Part shown: in pieces, positions 1 through 11,175 of the stretch
Position numbering within the stretch: position 1 is the stretch's first letter
Layout of the letters: the number at the start of each line of letters is the position of its first letter
NCBI GenBank assembly: GCA_052055015.1
Contig: JBQJIT010000078.1
DNA from: Malassezia furfur
Taxonomy: Eukaryota
Length of the DNA stretch: 33,962 nucleotides
Reading direction: 5' to 3' (one strand)
Program-made: the position numbers and the translations under genes
Notes under the pieces: model-generated
What the model was told of the DNA's origin: nothing
Database searches by the model: none
Seen by the model: the letters and a program-made list of their open reading frames with translations, nothing else

Positions 1-1770
1 CTGCTCAAAGTCGCCCAGCACCAGCGCCTGCGTCACCAGCCGGTCGGGGTCGTCGCGGCCCGCGGGGTGGATGCGGAACGGCGCGTCGCGCACCACCGGC
101 GCACGCGGCGCACGCGGCGCCAGCGCGTTGGGGTCGAACGGATCGGCGCCCGCGAACGGATCGGCCTCGGCGCCGTCGGCCGCCGCGCCCTCGGCGCCCT
201 CGTCCACCGGCTCGTCGAGCTCCGCGAGGCCCAGCGCGCCGACGGCCTCGGTCACCTTGGCCGAGATGTCCGCCTTCGCAAAGCCGAGCAGCTCGACCAG
301 CTCGTCGCGCGAGCCGGCGTGGAAGAGCGTCTGGAGCGCTTTCCAGTTGGGCACGTCGACCGGGCGCGTCGCTGGGTCCTGGCTCTGCTCCGCACAGAAC
401 TCGACGAGCGTGTTGTTGTTCAGCGCGTCGTACAGGCGGCGCGCACGCTCGGCAATGTGTGGCTCCGTGCGGATGTCGTGGATGTGCACGGGGAAGGTGC
501 GCGCCGCGTTCGCGGACGTGTTGGCGCTCCCGCCGACGCTCACGAGCTGCCCGCCAAAGCCAAACGCGACCGACGCGGGGCGGCGCAGCCACTTGGGCGG
601 GTGCTTGAGCGACATGCCGCCCGACGGCACCGCATTCTGCTCGCCGAGCGTGCTGAACAGGTCGTCGGGGTTCGTCGCGGCCGGCACCTCGGGCACCTCG
701 TCGCTGTTGGTCGACTGCAGCGACTGCATCGTGATGCGCCCATCGAAGCTCGCCGTGGCCAGCACATTCGGGTTCGCCGGGCACCACTGCACATCAAACG
801 CCCAGTTGGCGCTCGGCGGCATCTCGGCGACCATCTCGCAGCTCTGCGGGTTCCACACCGTGGTGCGGTTGTCCTTGCCGCACGCCGCGAGCAGGTCCTC
901 GTCCTGCTGGCACCACGACAGGCCCAGGATGCCCTTCTCGTGGCCGGTCAGCACCTTTTCGGGGGCGCGCGAGTTGCGCAGGTCCCACAGCATGATCACG
1001 GGGCTCGTGTCGTCCTCGCTCGCGGTCGCGAGGCGCGTCGCGGCCGACGGGTGCCACGCCACGGCACTCATGCCGCGCCGCCCGCCCGACGCCAGCGCGT
1101 TGCTCACGCCGCCGGGGCCAAAGCCCGTGCCGGCGGTGCCTGCGCCGCCGCCGTACGCCAGCGCAACCACCTCGCGCTTGTGCCGCAGGTCCCACACAGA
1201 CGTGTAGCCGTTCGACGAGGCCGTCGCCAAGACGTGCGACACCTGCGTGTTCCACCCGAGGCTCGTGATCTCGTCGATGCGCTGCGACCGCGCGCCGGGC
1301 GTAAACGGCTTCGTGGGACGGTCCATGTCCCACACGTAGATCTCGCCGTTCACCGCACCGCTCGCAAGCAGCTTGTCGTGCAGCCGGTTGAATGCAAGGC
1401 CACGCACGGGGCCCTTGTGGATCGTGTTCTGCGTCACCAGCGGCTGCTCCGCGCGGCTCAGCAGGGCCTGCACATCCCAGATGGCCAGCTCGCCGTTCTC
1501 GAGACCGGCGGCCACCAGACCACGCGGCTTGCTCGCATTCGCACAGCCCCACGCAACACGGTTGAAGCGCGCGCTCGCAGTCGCCGACGCCTGCATCACC
1601 GGCGTCGCGCCGGCGTCCTGCAGCGGCAGGTCCCACAGCTCCAGCACGCTGTCGCTGCTGAAGCTCTCGTCGAGCGCACCAGCCATCGTACCCGTCGCGA
1701 TCATCGGGCTACCAGCATAGTTTTGCGGCGACCACGAAAAGGCCGCCGTGCGCGGCACACAGGCTTTCAT
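1..1770 (-). CDS. SEC31: COPII coat subunit Sec31, N-terminal WD40 region; 3' end runs off the window
   Basis: Manual translation from ATG 1770 gives MKACVPRTAAFSWSP..MIATGTMAGALDESFSSDSVLELWD, then WD repeats (GYTSVWDLR, IMLWDLRNSRAPEKVLTGHEKGILGLSWCQQDEDLLAACGKDNRT). Absent from the ORF track because it has no stop in the window. Confidence 0.95.
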   Translation of the reverse strand, partial: MKACVPRTAAFSWSPQNYAGSPMIATGTMAGALDESFSSDSVLELWDLPLQDAGATPVMQASATASARFNRVAWGCANASKPRGLVAAGLENGELAIWDVQALLSRAEQPLVTQNTIHKGPVRGLAFNRLHDKLLASGAVNGEIYVWDMDRPTKPFTPGARSQRIDEITSLGWNTQVSHVLATASSNGYTSVWDLRHKREVVALAYGGGAGTAGTGFGPGGVSNALASGGRRGMSAVAWHPSAATRLATASEDDTSPVIMLWDLRNSRAPEKVLTGHEKGILGLSWCQQDEDLLAACGKDNRTTVWNPQSCEMVAEMPPSANWAFDVQWCPANPNVLATASFDGRITMQSLQSTNSDEVPEVPAATNPDDLFSTLGEQNAVPSGGMSLKHPPKWLRRPASVAFGFGGQLVSVGGSANTSANAARTFPVHIHDIRTEPHIAERARRLYDALNNNTLVEFCAEQSQDPATRPVDVPNWKALQTLFHAGSRDELVELLGFAKADISAKVTEAVGALGLAELDEPVDEGAEGAAADGAEADPFAGADPFDPNALAPRAPRAPVVRDAPFRIHPAGRDDPDRLVTQALVLGDFEQ

Positions 1771-1884
1771 GTTGTCCCAACACTGCGCGATCGCCGTCGC
1801 AGCCTACACGCGCACGCCGGGTCGGCCTCGCACGCCGTTTGCTGGCACGCACGTGGCACGCACGTGGACGGCCGCGCTTCGACC

Positions 1885-3377
1885 ATGCGCCGGCGCGAGG
1901 AGGAGTACGTGGACGGCGCCGAGTTTGACGACTCCGACGAGCCCATCGAGGAGCTCTCGGACGACTCGGACGAGTACGAGGGGCTTCCGTCGCTGCCGTC
2001 GGCGCCCCTCCGCTCGGTCATCGCGGAAAAATCGGCCGCCAAGCGCAAGCAGGAGCAGGAACACGCGGGGCGGCCCAAGTCGGCCCGCACCAACAAGCGG
2101 CCCCTGGAGTCGGGCGGATACAGCTGGGAGGCGGCATACCAGCGCAGCTGGGACCATGTTCATGAAGATGAGAGTGGAAACCTCGAAAGCGCCGTCCGGC
2201 GCATGCTCGCGAGCAACAAGCGCAAACGCGCCCTGCGCGACGCAACACCTGTCCAGCGCGGCATCATTCGGCACTTTGTCCTCGTGCTCGATCTGAGCTC
2301 GGAGATGGCTGAGCGCGACCTGCGCCCAAATCGGTACGTCATCCGCGTCCGTGCACACCGACTCACACCAGGTTCGAACTCACGCTGCAGTACGCGCGCA
2401 AGTTTGTCGCCGACTACTTTGACCAGAACCCGATCGGGCAGCTCGCCGTCGTGTGCACGCGCGATGGGCTTGGCGAGCGCCTGTCACTCATGGGCGGCAA
2501 CACGGTCAATCACGCAGGGATTCTCGCGAATAAGCGGAAACTCGAGCCGCGCGGCGAGCCGAGCATCCAAAATGCGCTCGAAATGGCGCGCAGCTGCCTC
2601 GTGCACCTGCCCAACTCGAATACGCGCGAGATTTTGTACATATCCGCGTCACTCACGAGCGTCGATCCGGGCAACATCTTCCACACGATCGACCAGCTCG
2701 TCCAGGACCGTATCCAGGTGTCGGTGATTGCACTCGCAGCGGAAATGCACATCCTCAAGGAGATGTGCGTCAAAACGGGCGGCGACTTTCACGTCGTGAT
2801 GAACGAGGACCACTACAAGGAGCTACTTCAGCGACATGTGCCGCCGCGCATCATCTCAGAGCACCCGGCCCAGCAGGACTACGACGCGGATTTGCTTGTG
2901 ATGGGCTTCCCACGTCGCCTGCCGTTCAACGCACCGGCATCGCTGTGCTCGTGCCACGGGCGTGTCATGCCCAGCACCAAGACCCAATCGCACCTCGAGG
3001 GTGGCTCGGCCGCATCGGGGTACACATGCCCGCGGTGCTCCGCCAAGGTATGCCAGGTGCCGACCGACTGCTCGGTGTGTGGCATCACGATCATTATGAG
3101 CACGCACCTCGCGCGCTCCTATCACCATCTCTTCCCGGTTGGCAACTACCGCCCAATTCCGTGGGAGGAAGTGACGGACGCGTCACCCCCCGCCTGTTTC
3201 GCATGTGCATTGCCCTTCCCCCCGAAACCCGCGGAGACGGGCGGAGAGAGTGTGCCGGACGAGTCGGCGCTGGCGCCCTCGTCGCGCTACAAGTGTCTCA
3301 AATGCACACACGAATTTTGCCTCGAATGCGACGCCTTCGTTCAGGAACAGCTCCACACCTGTCCGGGCTGCACATAG
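1885..3377 (+). CDS. SSL1: TFIIH subunit Ssl1/p44 (vWA plus zinc fingers); intron 2334-2371 (38 nt)
   Basis: QRGIIRHFVLVLDLSSEMAERDLRPNR|FELTLQYA..YFDQNPIGQL, GEPSIQNALEMA, CPRCSAKVCQVPTDCSVC, HLARSYHHLFP, C-terminal FCLECDAFVQEQLHTCPGC. A GTACGT..CTCAC..CAG intron joins the two frames. Confidence 0.95.
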
Positions 3378-3498
3378 CTGCACGGACTGGGCATGGCCTT
3401 TGCGCCGCTGCGCGGGCCGCCCGATACCCCCGTAGTCTGCCGCGTTCAGGGCACACAATTTTTTTTTCCACGCGCACAGCCCTTGTGCGGGGCTACGG

Positions 3499-3537
3499 GC
3501 CATTGGTCCTAAAACCCTATCTGGCGCTGCCATTGGT
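3499..3537. promoter_or_regulatory. Two identical GCCATTGGT motifs (reverse CCAAT boxes) 30 bp apart upstream of PRM10
   Basis: GCCATTGGT at 3499-3507 and 3529-3537. Binding by a HAP/NF-Y complex is inference. Confidence 0.4.
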
Positions 3538-3703
3538 TGCACGCGTGTGGAGGTCCGGCGGCAGCCACATGGCGGGCGCGAAGGTGACCTCACAGTACGG
3601 CGGTACGCTCCGCGCTACGTTGGCGACGGCTGCGACAGGCACCAAGACGTTTCGGCAGCGGTGCCGCATCGACCTTGTGACCTGTACACACAGTGACTGA
3701 ACG

Positions 3704-6700
3704 ATGTCCGCTTCGTCCCACTCCCCGCCCTTGCGTGGCGATGAGCGCGATATCCCTGAATCCGACATTATCCAGGCCTACTCGCTCGACGATACACTCG
3801 GATCGAAGCAGCCGCCGAGCTACGAGACCGACGATGGTGGCGCTTCTGTTTTCTTCCCACATATTCCCGCCGAAAGCACGCATCATGCTGCGCCGGCGGT
3901 TCCCACCGGCGAGGTCGGCGGCATGGCGCAGGCTGAGGCTGTGCCGGTCACGTCCGAGGCTGATCCCCTGACGCGGACCTCGAACGACTCGCGCCGCGTG
4001 CGCTGGGGCGAGACACTGACTCAGGCGCAGTCGCACATGCACCAGCCGGGCGGGCGCTCGCGCGGCCCAACCGTGTCGGTCAAGCCTGCGCCGACGACGC
4101 CGTCGGGCGGTCCGATGTCGCCGAGCAAGGGCGGCGGCATCAAGCGCCTCAACCACCCCGGACAAATCAACCTCGAGGGCCTGCGTGCCAATATGCCGAC
4201 GGAGAACATCCCCCTCGAGCCCATTCACAACGGCGCGGACGCTCGCACGGACGCCATGGCACTTGAGGGAGACGATAACGACCGGTTTTTGGCGCTTTCG
4301 CACGAGCTGAACCAGCTCGACGAGGCCGACGAGGCCGATATCAGCGACGACCGAGGCATGCTCGGTGGCGACCCGCACGACCGCCGCCCGCGTGGCCGCG
4401 CCGAGGTCGACCACCTGATGGGCACCGACTCACATACCCACACGTCGGGCAGCATATCGGGCAGTGCATCGGACACGAGCTACGACCCGGCCGAGGAGCT
4501 TGACCACCTCGACCTGATTGAAGGCGAGACCGACGGGATGCCGTCGATGCCGAAGCGCTCGCGCACGAAGCGCCAGCGCCCGTCGTACCCCAAGAAGAAG
4601 GGCTGGTCCAAGGTGCGCCAACTGTTCGGCATCGAGCATTCGGATGCCGATAGCGACGATGCCATGGAGAAGGGACAGGTGTCCTCGGACGCGACCAACA
4701 CGAAGAGCGTGCCGGTGCAGACGTCTACAGGCGTACGTGGCACGCGCGGCCGCAACCGTCCGTCCGCGCTGGAGCGCAAGGCCGCTAAGCTCGTTCGGGC
4801 GCACAAGCTGTACAGCCACAGCAAGGTGCAGACGCCCGACCAGGAGGGTTTGTTGCGCGTGCGCCACGACCACCTGCCTGACTCGGAGGCGTCTACGCCG
4901 GATGCCACCGAGACCGCCCAGCACATGGACGCGCGCCCTGCGCCATCCAGCGGCGTGCTGGGTCAGCTGCTGCAGCTCTATGAGCAGCAGCGCCTCGAGC
5001 AGGAGGCGGCGCTCAGCGGCACCGCTGGCACGCCGAGCGTAACAGACAGTGATGCGATCACCGGCGATGAGACCGTGCTCAACGAGAAGCAGCCTACGTC
5101 GACGGTGGTACCGGCCGATCATATCCAGATCCCTGCTGACCAGCAGGGCACCCCCGGCACTGCACAGCAGCGCCCGGTGGTGCGCACGCCGGGCGGCCGG
5201 CAGTACTACGCGAGCGGCCGCCCTGCGGCGGCTCTGTCCCCTGGCGGGGGGCGCATAGGCGGTTTCAGCACCGTCGGCAACATGGGCCAAAAGATTGTCA
5301 AAGGCGTTGCGGCCGAAGCCGGACTCGACATGGACGAGCGCCCCAAGGCGGCGCGCTCTGCGGCGGGTACGATCGGTGCACTGATCGCTACGACGGGCAA
5401 CCTGATCGGCGCCGTCAGTCCGAACCATGCACAGCTTGGTCCGAACCCCAAGCGCCCGGGCTACACGCTTGACCGCTACATCCTTCCTGAGATGAACGAG
5501 AAGACACTGCGGCGCACGGCCAAGATTGTGCGCGACGCGGCGCCCGTGCCTAAGAGCATGCGCGACGCACGTACGCCCGGGCCCCAGACACCTGGCGTGC
5601 ACACGCCCGGCGTCTGGACGCCGGGCGGTCTGTCGGGCAAGGCCGGCAGCGAGAACTTTAACCCATACTTTGCGGCGGCGGACGTGTCGGAAAAGTCGGG
5701 AGCGCCGTCGATGGTGTCGTCCACCAAGAAGAGCAAGATCGGCACCGAGATGAGCAATGCGTCGCACCGCATGTCCTATCTGGGCCATGCCGGGAAGAAC
5801 ATGCTCAAGGGCTCCTTCCGCCCCATGCCAACGAGCAACTCCGAGACGGGCGGGGATCGCCAGGACTACTTTGGCGACGCGGCGACGCAGGAGGAGATAG
5901 CCAAGCGCGAGTGGCAGCGCAAGCTGCGCAAGCGCAAGGCGATCAGCAAGAAACAGGAGATCTACATCACCATGCACGTCGCGGCCATCCTCAAGCGCCA
6001 GGAGTTCTTGCTCAAGTTTGCACGTGCAATGATGATGTTTGGTGCGCCGACGCACCGCATCGAGGCACAGATGCAGCAGACCGCCAACGTGCTCGACGTC
6101 AACTGCCGCTGCATCTACCTGCCGAACCTCATGCTCCTCTCGTTCGGCGACGAAACCACCCACACGACCGACACGCGTTTCATCAAGCAGGGCAGCACGC
6201 TCGACCTCACCAAGCTTACGGATATGCACACCATCTACTGGAACGTGGTCCACGACAAGATCGGCGTCGAGCGCGGCACCAAGCAGCTCGACGTGCTCAT
6301 GCGCCGGAAACCCTACTTTGGCAAGTGGCGCCAGACGCTCATCGGCGGGCTGGCCTCCTTCTTTATCACGCTCGGCGACGTTGGCTTCGGCGGCTCGTTC
6401 CTCGACGCATGTGCGGCATTCGCGCTCGGCGCCTTCCTCGTGTTCTGCCAGCAGCACATCACCTCCGAGGTGTACTCCAACGTGTTCGAGATTGTGTTTG
6501 CCACGCTCAACTCGTTCATTGCCATGGCACTGCATATTGCGCCAACCGGAGACGCGGGGAGCAAGTCGGGCGACGGCGACTTGTTCTGCTACAACTCGAT
6601 CATCTCGGGCTCGATCGTGCTGATTCTGCCCGGTTTCATTGTGCTGACCAGTGCGCTCGAGCTGCAGTCCAAGAGCATCATCTCGGGCTCGGTGCGGTTA

Positions 6701-7459
6701 GTGTACGCCATCATCTACTCGGTACTGCTCGGTATCGGCATCAAGTTCGGCTCGATTCCTTTGTCGGTGGTCAAGCTCAATGAGCAGCGGAACGGTGGGC
6801 ACAAGTTTGACGTGAGCCAATGTGCAGGGCACAGCTCGGACCGCTGGTACACACACACACTGCCCAAATGGTGGGGTTTCCTCACTGTGCCCTGCTATGC
6901 GATCATGCTTTCCACGCGCAACCAAGCCAAGCTCACACGCAAAGAGTTCCCGGTGATGGTGACCATTGCGTGCGCCGGCTGGGTCGTGGCCAACTTTGCG
7001 AAGCTGATCGATATGAAGCACACCGGCATCCACGGCTCGGCTACAGCCAACTACCTTACGAAGCAAATTGCACTCGTTGGTGCCATGGGCTCGTTCACCG
7101 TGGGTGTCTTGTCCAACCTGTATGGCCGCTTCTTCGACGGGCGCAGCTTCGTCGTGGCAGTGCCCGGCGTTCTCTTCCAGCTGCCCACCGGTCTGGCCTC
7201 TGGCAACATCAACTTCATTACCTATGCCCAATCGAGTGCAAATGACACTTCATCGGATACGAACACATCATCGTCCAACTCCTCGCAACAACTCAACAAC
7301 ACGATGAACAACTACAGCGAAGTCACCGACGGTTTCTCGATCGGCGCCCAGCTTCTGAACGTGTCGCTGGGTATGACGATTGGCCTGTTCTGTGCAACAA
7401 TCTTCATGCACTTCCTCAGCGGCCGCCGCAGCCGTGGCACGGGCATGATCTCGTTCTAA
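3704..7459 (+). CDS. PRM10: Pheromone-regulated membrane protein Prm10-like (ThrE/DUF1212 family): long disordered N-terminus, polytopic C-terminus
   Basis: 1251-aa intronless ORF with ITMHVAAILKRQEFLLKFARAMMMFGAPTHRIE, SIVLILPGFIVLTSALEL..IISGSVRLVYAIIYSVLLGIG and VPGVLFQLPTGLA. Confidence 0.85.
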   Translation: MSASSHSPPLRGDERDIPESDIIQAYSLDDTLGSKQPPSYETDDGGASVFFPHIPAESTHHAAPAVPTGEVGGMAQAEAVPVTSEADPLTRTSNDSRRVRWGETLTQAQSHMHQPGGRSRGPTVSVKPAPTTPSGGPMSPSKGGGIKRLNHPGQINLEGLRANMPTENIPLEPIHNGADARTDAMALEGDDNDRFLALSHELNQLDEADEADISDDRGMLGGDPHDRRPRGRAEVDHLMGTDSHTHTSGSISGSASDTSYDPAEELDHLDLIEGETDGMPSMPKRSRTKRQRPSYPKKKGWSKVRQLFGIEHSDADSDDAMEKGQVSSDATNTKSVPVQTSTGVRGTRGRNRPSALERKAAKLVRAHKLYSHSKVQTPDQEGLLRVRHDHLPDSEASTPDATETAQHMDARPAPSSGVLGQLLQLYEQQRLEQEAALSGTAGTPSVTDSDAITGDETVLNEKQPTSTVVPADHIQIPADQQGTPGTAQQRPVVRTPGGRQYYASGRPAAALSPGGGRIGGFSTVGNMGQKIVKGVAAEAGLDMDERPKAARSAAGTIGALIATTGNLIGAVSPNHAQLGPNPKRPGYTLDRYILPEMNEKTLRRTAKIVRDAAPVPKSMRDARTPGPQTPGVHTPGVWTPGGLSGKAGSENFNPYFAAADVSEKSGAPSMVSSTKKSKIGTEMSNASHRMSYLGHAGKNMLKGSFRPMPTSNSETGGDRQDYFGDAATQEEIAKREWQRKLRKRKAISKKQEIYITMHVAAILKRQEFLLKFARAMMMFGAPTHRIEAQMQQTANVLDVNCRCIYLPNLMLLSFGDETTHTTDTRFIKQGSTLDLTKLTDMHTIYWNVVHDKIGVERGTKQLDVLMRRKPYFGKWRQTLIGGLASFFITLGDVGFGGSFLDACAAFALGAFLVFCQQHITSEVYSNVFEIVFATLNSFIAMALHIAPTGDAGSKSGDGDLFCYNSIISGSIVLILPGFIVLTSALELQSKSIISGSVRLVYAIIYSVLLGIGIKFGSIPLSVVKLNEQRNGGHKFDVSQCAGHSSDRWYTHTLPKWWGFLTVPCYAIMLSTRNQAKLTRKEFPVMVTIACAGWVVANFAKLIDMKHTGIHGSATANYLTKQIALVGAMGSFTVGVLSNLYGRFFDGRSFVVAVPGVLFQLPTGLASGNINFITYAQSSANDTSSDTNTSSSNSSQQLNNTMNNYSEVTDGFSIGAQLLNVSLGMTIGLFCATIFMHFLSGRRSRGTGMISF

Positions 7460-7720
7460 ACGAACCCGCGCCACGCTCCCTGCGCCGTACCCGATTTTGT
7501 AGACCGCGCCGCGCGGAAATCACACTGTACGGCCGATGACAAATGCACGCCGCGAGAGTCGCCGGACCCGATTTTTCGGGCCCCTCCGCACACGCCGCGC
7601 GCGATCGCGTAGGGCCCTCCGCGCGCAAGAATGCGGCAAGCCACGTAGCATCGTATGCAATCAGACACTACAAACGCTAGATCCCTCCTATGCCTGTGTT
7701 GCGCATAAGTCGCCTCCCGT

Positions 7721-8370
7721 TCAGGGAACGTAGTGCGCGTGCTCGTCATGCTTCTGGTAACGAATACCGCTGCGATCAGAAAATAAAACGTACCAGTATG
7801 GGCAGCCCTTGGGACCCGGCTTATCCTGTGGTTAGGAGCGCACCGCGCACAGTACATACCAGGTTGATGTATACACGGGGGTGCCCCAAAGGACCGTCGC
7901 CTGAAAGTTAGCATGCGCAAGTCCCCGGCATACGTACCACCATCACACGACACCACACGCTTCGTCGTGAACTGAACAGGCACATTGCTGATCAGCTCCA
8001 TCGCCGACAGCGGCGCCGGCTGGAACTCCATCGCGACTTGCTCAAAGCGCGGGCCCTTCATGGCCTCGCCCTTGGACCGCTGGTCCTCCGACCAGGTCGT
8101 GGGGTAGTTCGGCGCTTGGCTCACACCATACTCGGCGACTTCAGGGGGCGTCTGGGGCTCGGCAATACGCGTCTCCTTGCCGGACACAAGGTAGTCACCG
8201 TCCACCTGCGGGCGCACAAAGTCACCACGCAACTTCGTACGCTCGTCGTGCTCCGTGGCAACGGTGGTCGTCGTCTGAGTCGCGACCTTGCTCTTCATGC
8301 GCACACCCATAAGGGCGGTGGGCGCACGGCGCACCGAACGCAGCGGCGTAGCTACAGCCCGGACAAACAT
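7721..8370 (-). CDS. NDUFS6: Complex I zinc-finger subunit (NDUFS6/13 kDa-A, zf-CHCC); introns 7901-7937, 7826-7859, 7770-7793
   Basis: Spliced product has an Arg-rich presequence, QAPNYPTTWSEDQR..AMKGPRFEQ and [35 protein letters not shown]. All three introns are GT..AG with a branch motif. Confidence 0.9.
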
Positions 8371-8429
8371 GCTGGAACCTGGACGTTGGAGAGTCGTCCG
8401 CGCGATTAGGTGAGCCCTGCCCTGTGGTG

Positions 8430-8437
8430 TCACGTGA
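8430..8437. promoter_or_regulatory. TCACGTGA E-box in the divergent NDUFS6/CGR1 promoter
   Basis: Palindrome near the middle of a 119-bp divergent gap. CACGTG recurs in other promoters of the window. Confidence 0.5.
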
Positions 8438-8489
8438 TCCATGGGACTTTTTTGTGGATGCACGCCGCGGCGGCGTGCATCGTATCGCG

Positions 8490-8849
8490 ATGTCTACCAG
8501 CGAGCGCACGTCCACGTCGACGCCCAAGACCGAGGTGCCAAATGAAAAGCTGAATATTTCGGGGAAGGTGAAGAGCAAGGGATGGGAAGTGCGGCAGCAG
8601 CAGCGCCTTCGCCAACAGGCGATCAAGCAGCGCGAGCGGGAGATGGCACAAGAGAAGGAGGACGAGGCCAACCGGAAGCGTGAGGTCCGTCGAGAGCGTG
8701 AGCGCAAAGCGGAGGAAAAGGCACGGTTGGAGGCGATGGCGGCCAAGGTGAGTACTGAAACTGGGTGCGCCGACTTACGCCAGATGAGCAGGAAGAAAGC
8801 ACTACGTCAGGCACGCCGTATGGGCCGCACCAAGAAGGTCTCGCACTAG
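8490..8849 (+). CDS. CGR1: rRNA-processing protein Cgr1; in-frame intron 8748-8783 (36 nt)
   Basis: Small basic coiled coil KGWEVRQQQR..AIKQREREM..KAEEKARLEAMAAK|MSRKKALRQARRMGRTKK. Intron GTGAGT..CTTAC..CAG. Confidence 0.85.
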   Translation: MSTSERTSTSTPKTEVPNEKLNISGKVKSKGWEVRQQQRLRQQAIKQREREMAQEKEDEANRKREVRRERERKAEEKARLEAMAAKVSTETGCADLRQMSRKKALRQARRMGRTKKVSH

Positions 8850-8991
8850 GCTCGTATACGAGACTATGCACATATCTCCTCGATGTATACTGTAGAATAG
8901 CTCGTGAACGACTCACCCGCACCCAACGTGGTAGGATCGGCGGGAGGCCGCCAGGTTTCAACCTCCACATTCAAGCTTCGCATCCGAGACC

Positions 8992-9685
8992 ATGCCGGAT
9001 CCCCGAAGCGAGGCACCTGCTGCGCCTACAGCGGCATCGGATGCCGATGCCCCGTACCTCGTCGAGTCGTACCAGTATGGTACGGATGCAGGAGCCAAGG
9101 ATCAGCTCCCTACGTATACGTATTCTACGGCGTCGACAGGCGAGCGGCCCGCAGGTCAGCCCCGATCGTGGGACGAGGCAGCGCGTGCCAAGGCAACGCC
9201 GATCCAAGGCAGACCTGCGCAAGACTCTGGCCACATCTACATTGACGTGGATGCTGAGGCGCAGGATCGCAGCACGATACCGTCGCATGGCGTTGCGCCC
9301 ATCAACACGACCATCACTGGATATGCCACGGCGCTGGGCTGGGACCTGAGCAAGCTGTGCGTCTTTCCGTACATTTTCCCGCCTTTTACAAGTATGGTGG
9401 TGCTGGTGTGGGAGACGCAAAACGTACGTGCATGGCTTACGACAGGATCTGGTGCGATTCCACGGCTATCAATCGGCGCTAGCCAGCGCGTGCGTGATCG
9501 GCACAACCTTTGTACTGCGCGCCATTTTGGGGTGGACCACGCTGGCGTGGCTTCTTGTACGGATATCGCTCGTGATCTCGTGGTATTGTGGGTATATTGC
9601 GCATCAGTCTGCCACGGCACTGGAGCGTGAGCCCTTCCTGCCGTATGTGGGGCCGATGGCCGTCGCGTATGTGGGGGAGGAATAA
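8992..9685 (+). CDS. Small membrane protein, DUF4870/Tic20-like; intron 9424-9445 (22 nt)
   Basis: Removing the 22-nt intron restores VLVWETQN|DLVRFHGYQS, followed by two hydrophobic helices and PFLPYVGPMA. Confidence 0.7.
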
Positions 9686-9744
9686 TGCTGTCCCCCCAAG
9701 TTCCTTGTGTACATCAGTAGTTGCCTACATTCCTACAATCTAGC

Positions 9745-11175
9745 CTAAGCCACGATGAAAAAGAGGGTGGCAGCAGCGACGGCCACAGCCATCACCTTGC
9801 GGAAGTGGGCCAACGGGGACAAGGTGTAGTCCACGTACACAAATCCGTTCAGTTTTGAGGTGCACCGCGCACGCTCCAGCACCACGGCAGGGCGGCCAAT
9901 GGTGTCAAGGTACGTCGGGTACACGTCGATGCTCTGCTTGTCCATATCGAACGGCAGTGTGACGTCGATGTCCTTGGCGCCTTCCGGGAGCACAATGCGC
10001 AGCTTCGCATGGTCCACCGCCGTTTGGATAGGAGCAGTGAGGTACGGCACCGCGACGCGGAAGCGATGAGACCCAGGGAGACGCTTGATGAGGCCCACCG
10101 TGCTCATGCGCTGGTTCCAGCCGACCGTAAACGTGTAGTTCCACCCGCCGAGCACAGGGAAGCGGGGCTGAAGATCGAGCCGGCGCGGCATCAGTGGCCC
10201 GCCGGTAGGCGGACCAAAGCTCGACGTCGACACATTTCCGGTCGCATCCACATAGTACACGTCGCGTGCCGCAGGTGGCAGCAGCACAGGCACCGAATGA
10301 ATTTGCGCGGCAACCTCGACGGACGGGTTCGACCACATGTTGACCATGTGCTTGGCACGGCTAAAGTGGCCCTTGAGCTTCGCACCGTCGTTGCGCATCC
10401 AGATGGTGTCCGACGTCGCCATGTTGTCACCCCAGTGACTGATCTCAACGTGCCGATCGTAGTTGACAAACGTCAGCACAGGCCGGTCGTACTCGTAGTG
10501 CACACGGCCCTGCGTCACCTCGGTGGTACCAGGGACGAATGCGGGTAGGTTAGCCGAGGGACCGTACGTAATTGCCTTGGGCTTGATCTTTGCACCATCC
10601 TTGGGCGCGAACGAGACCACATTGGTCCCCGGCGTCTTGATCACGACGGTGCCCGACTGCGTGGGGTACGCCGGACGCAGCGACACATCGCCGGTCCACA
10701 CCAGCAGCTGCTTTTCGGCCTGGGCAATCGCCTTGGGGAGCGGCTGCGCATCGTGCAACACATTGGCAAACACGCGAACACGCACATCCGCACCCGACTG
10801 GACCATATCGCGCGGCAGCAGCGCAGCGTACCAGTGCTCGCCCAGCTCGGCCTTCACTGGCCCACCGCGCTCCACAGGCACGCGCACACTGTCCTTCTTG
10901 CTCGACAGGAGGCTCGCGGACGCGCGGATGTATGCGAGCCCACGCTCTTCCTCCTCCGACAGGTACAGAACGAGCGGGACGGTGTCGTCAGTCGCATACG
11001 AGGCCGCCTCGCCGGTGGGCTGCGCGGTGATGTCCCACTCGATCTGGGTGACCGCACCGCCCAATTCCACCTGCTTCACCACCGACTTTTGCGTCCATCC
11101 AACGGCTGCTTGGCACTGCGCAACGGCCGCACAAACGAGGGCCAAGAGGAAGACATACATCCAATTCCTCGACAT
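9745..11175 (-). CDS. OST1: Oligosaccharyltransferase subunit Ost1 / ribophorin I
   Basis: Signal peptide MSRNWMYVFLLALVCAAVAQCQA, then RHVEISHWGDNM, NDGAKLKGHFSR, YYVDATGNVSTS, PRFPVLGGWNYTFTVGW, TYLDTIGRP and a C-terminal TM helix. Confidence 0.93.
   Translation of the reverse strand: MSRNWMYVFLLALVCAAVAQCQAAVGWTQKSVVKQVELGGAVTQIEWDITAQPTGEAASYATDDTVPLVLYLSEEEERGLAYIRASASLLSSKKDSVRVPVERGGPVKAELGEHWYAALLPRDMVQSGADVRVRVFANVLHDAQPLPKAIAQAEKQLLVWTGDVSLRPAYPTQSGTVVIKTPGTNVVSFAPKDGAKIKPKAITYGPSANLPAFVPGTTEVTQGRVHYEYDRPVLTFVNYDRHVEISHWGDNMATSDTIWMRNDGAKLKGHFSRAKHMVNMWSNPSVEVAAQIHSVPVLLPPAARDVYYVDATGNVSTSSFGPPTGGPLMPRRLDLQPRFPVLGGWNYTFTVGWNQRMSTVGLIKRLPGSHRFRVAVPYLTAPIQTAVDHAKLRIVLPEGAKDIDVTLPFDMDKQSIDVYPTYLDTIGRPAVVLERARCTSKLNGFVYVDYTLSPLAHFRKVMAVAVAAATLFFIVA

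Noticed and set aside
67..2727. 886-aa ORF and other long overlapping ORFs (e.g. 4430-6535, 28570-30381, 31262-32671, 32765-33922)
   Set aside because: Antisense or shifted shadows of recognisable genes in high-GC DNA, with no motifs of their own. The 67-2727 ORF only includes SSL1 exon 1 near its end.
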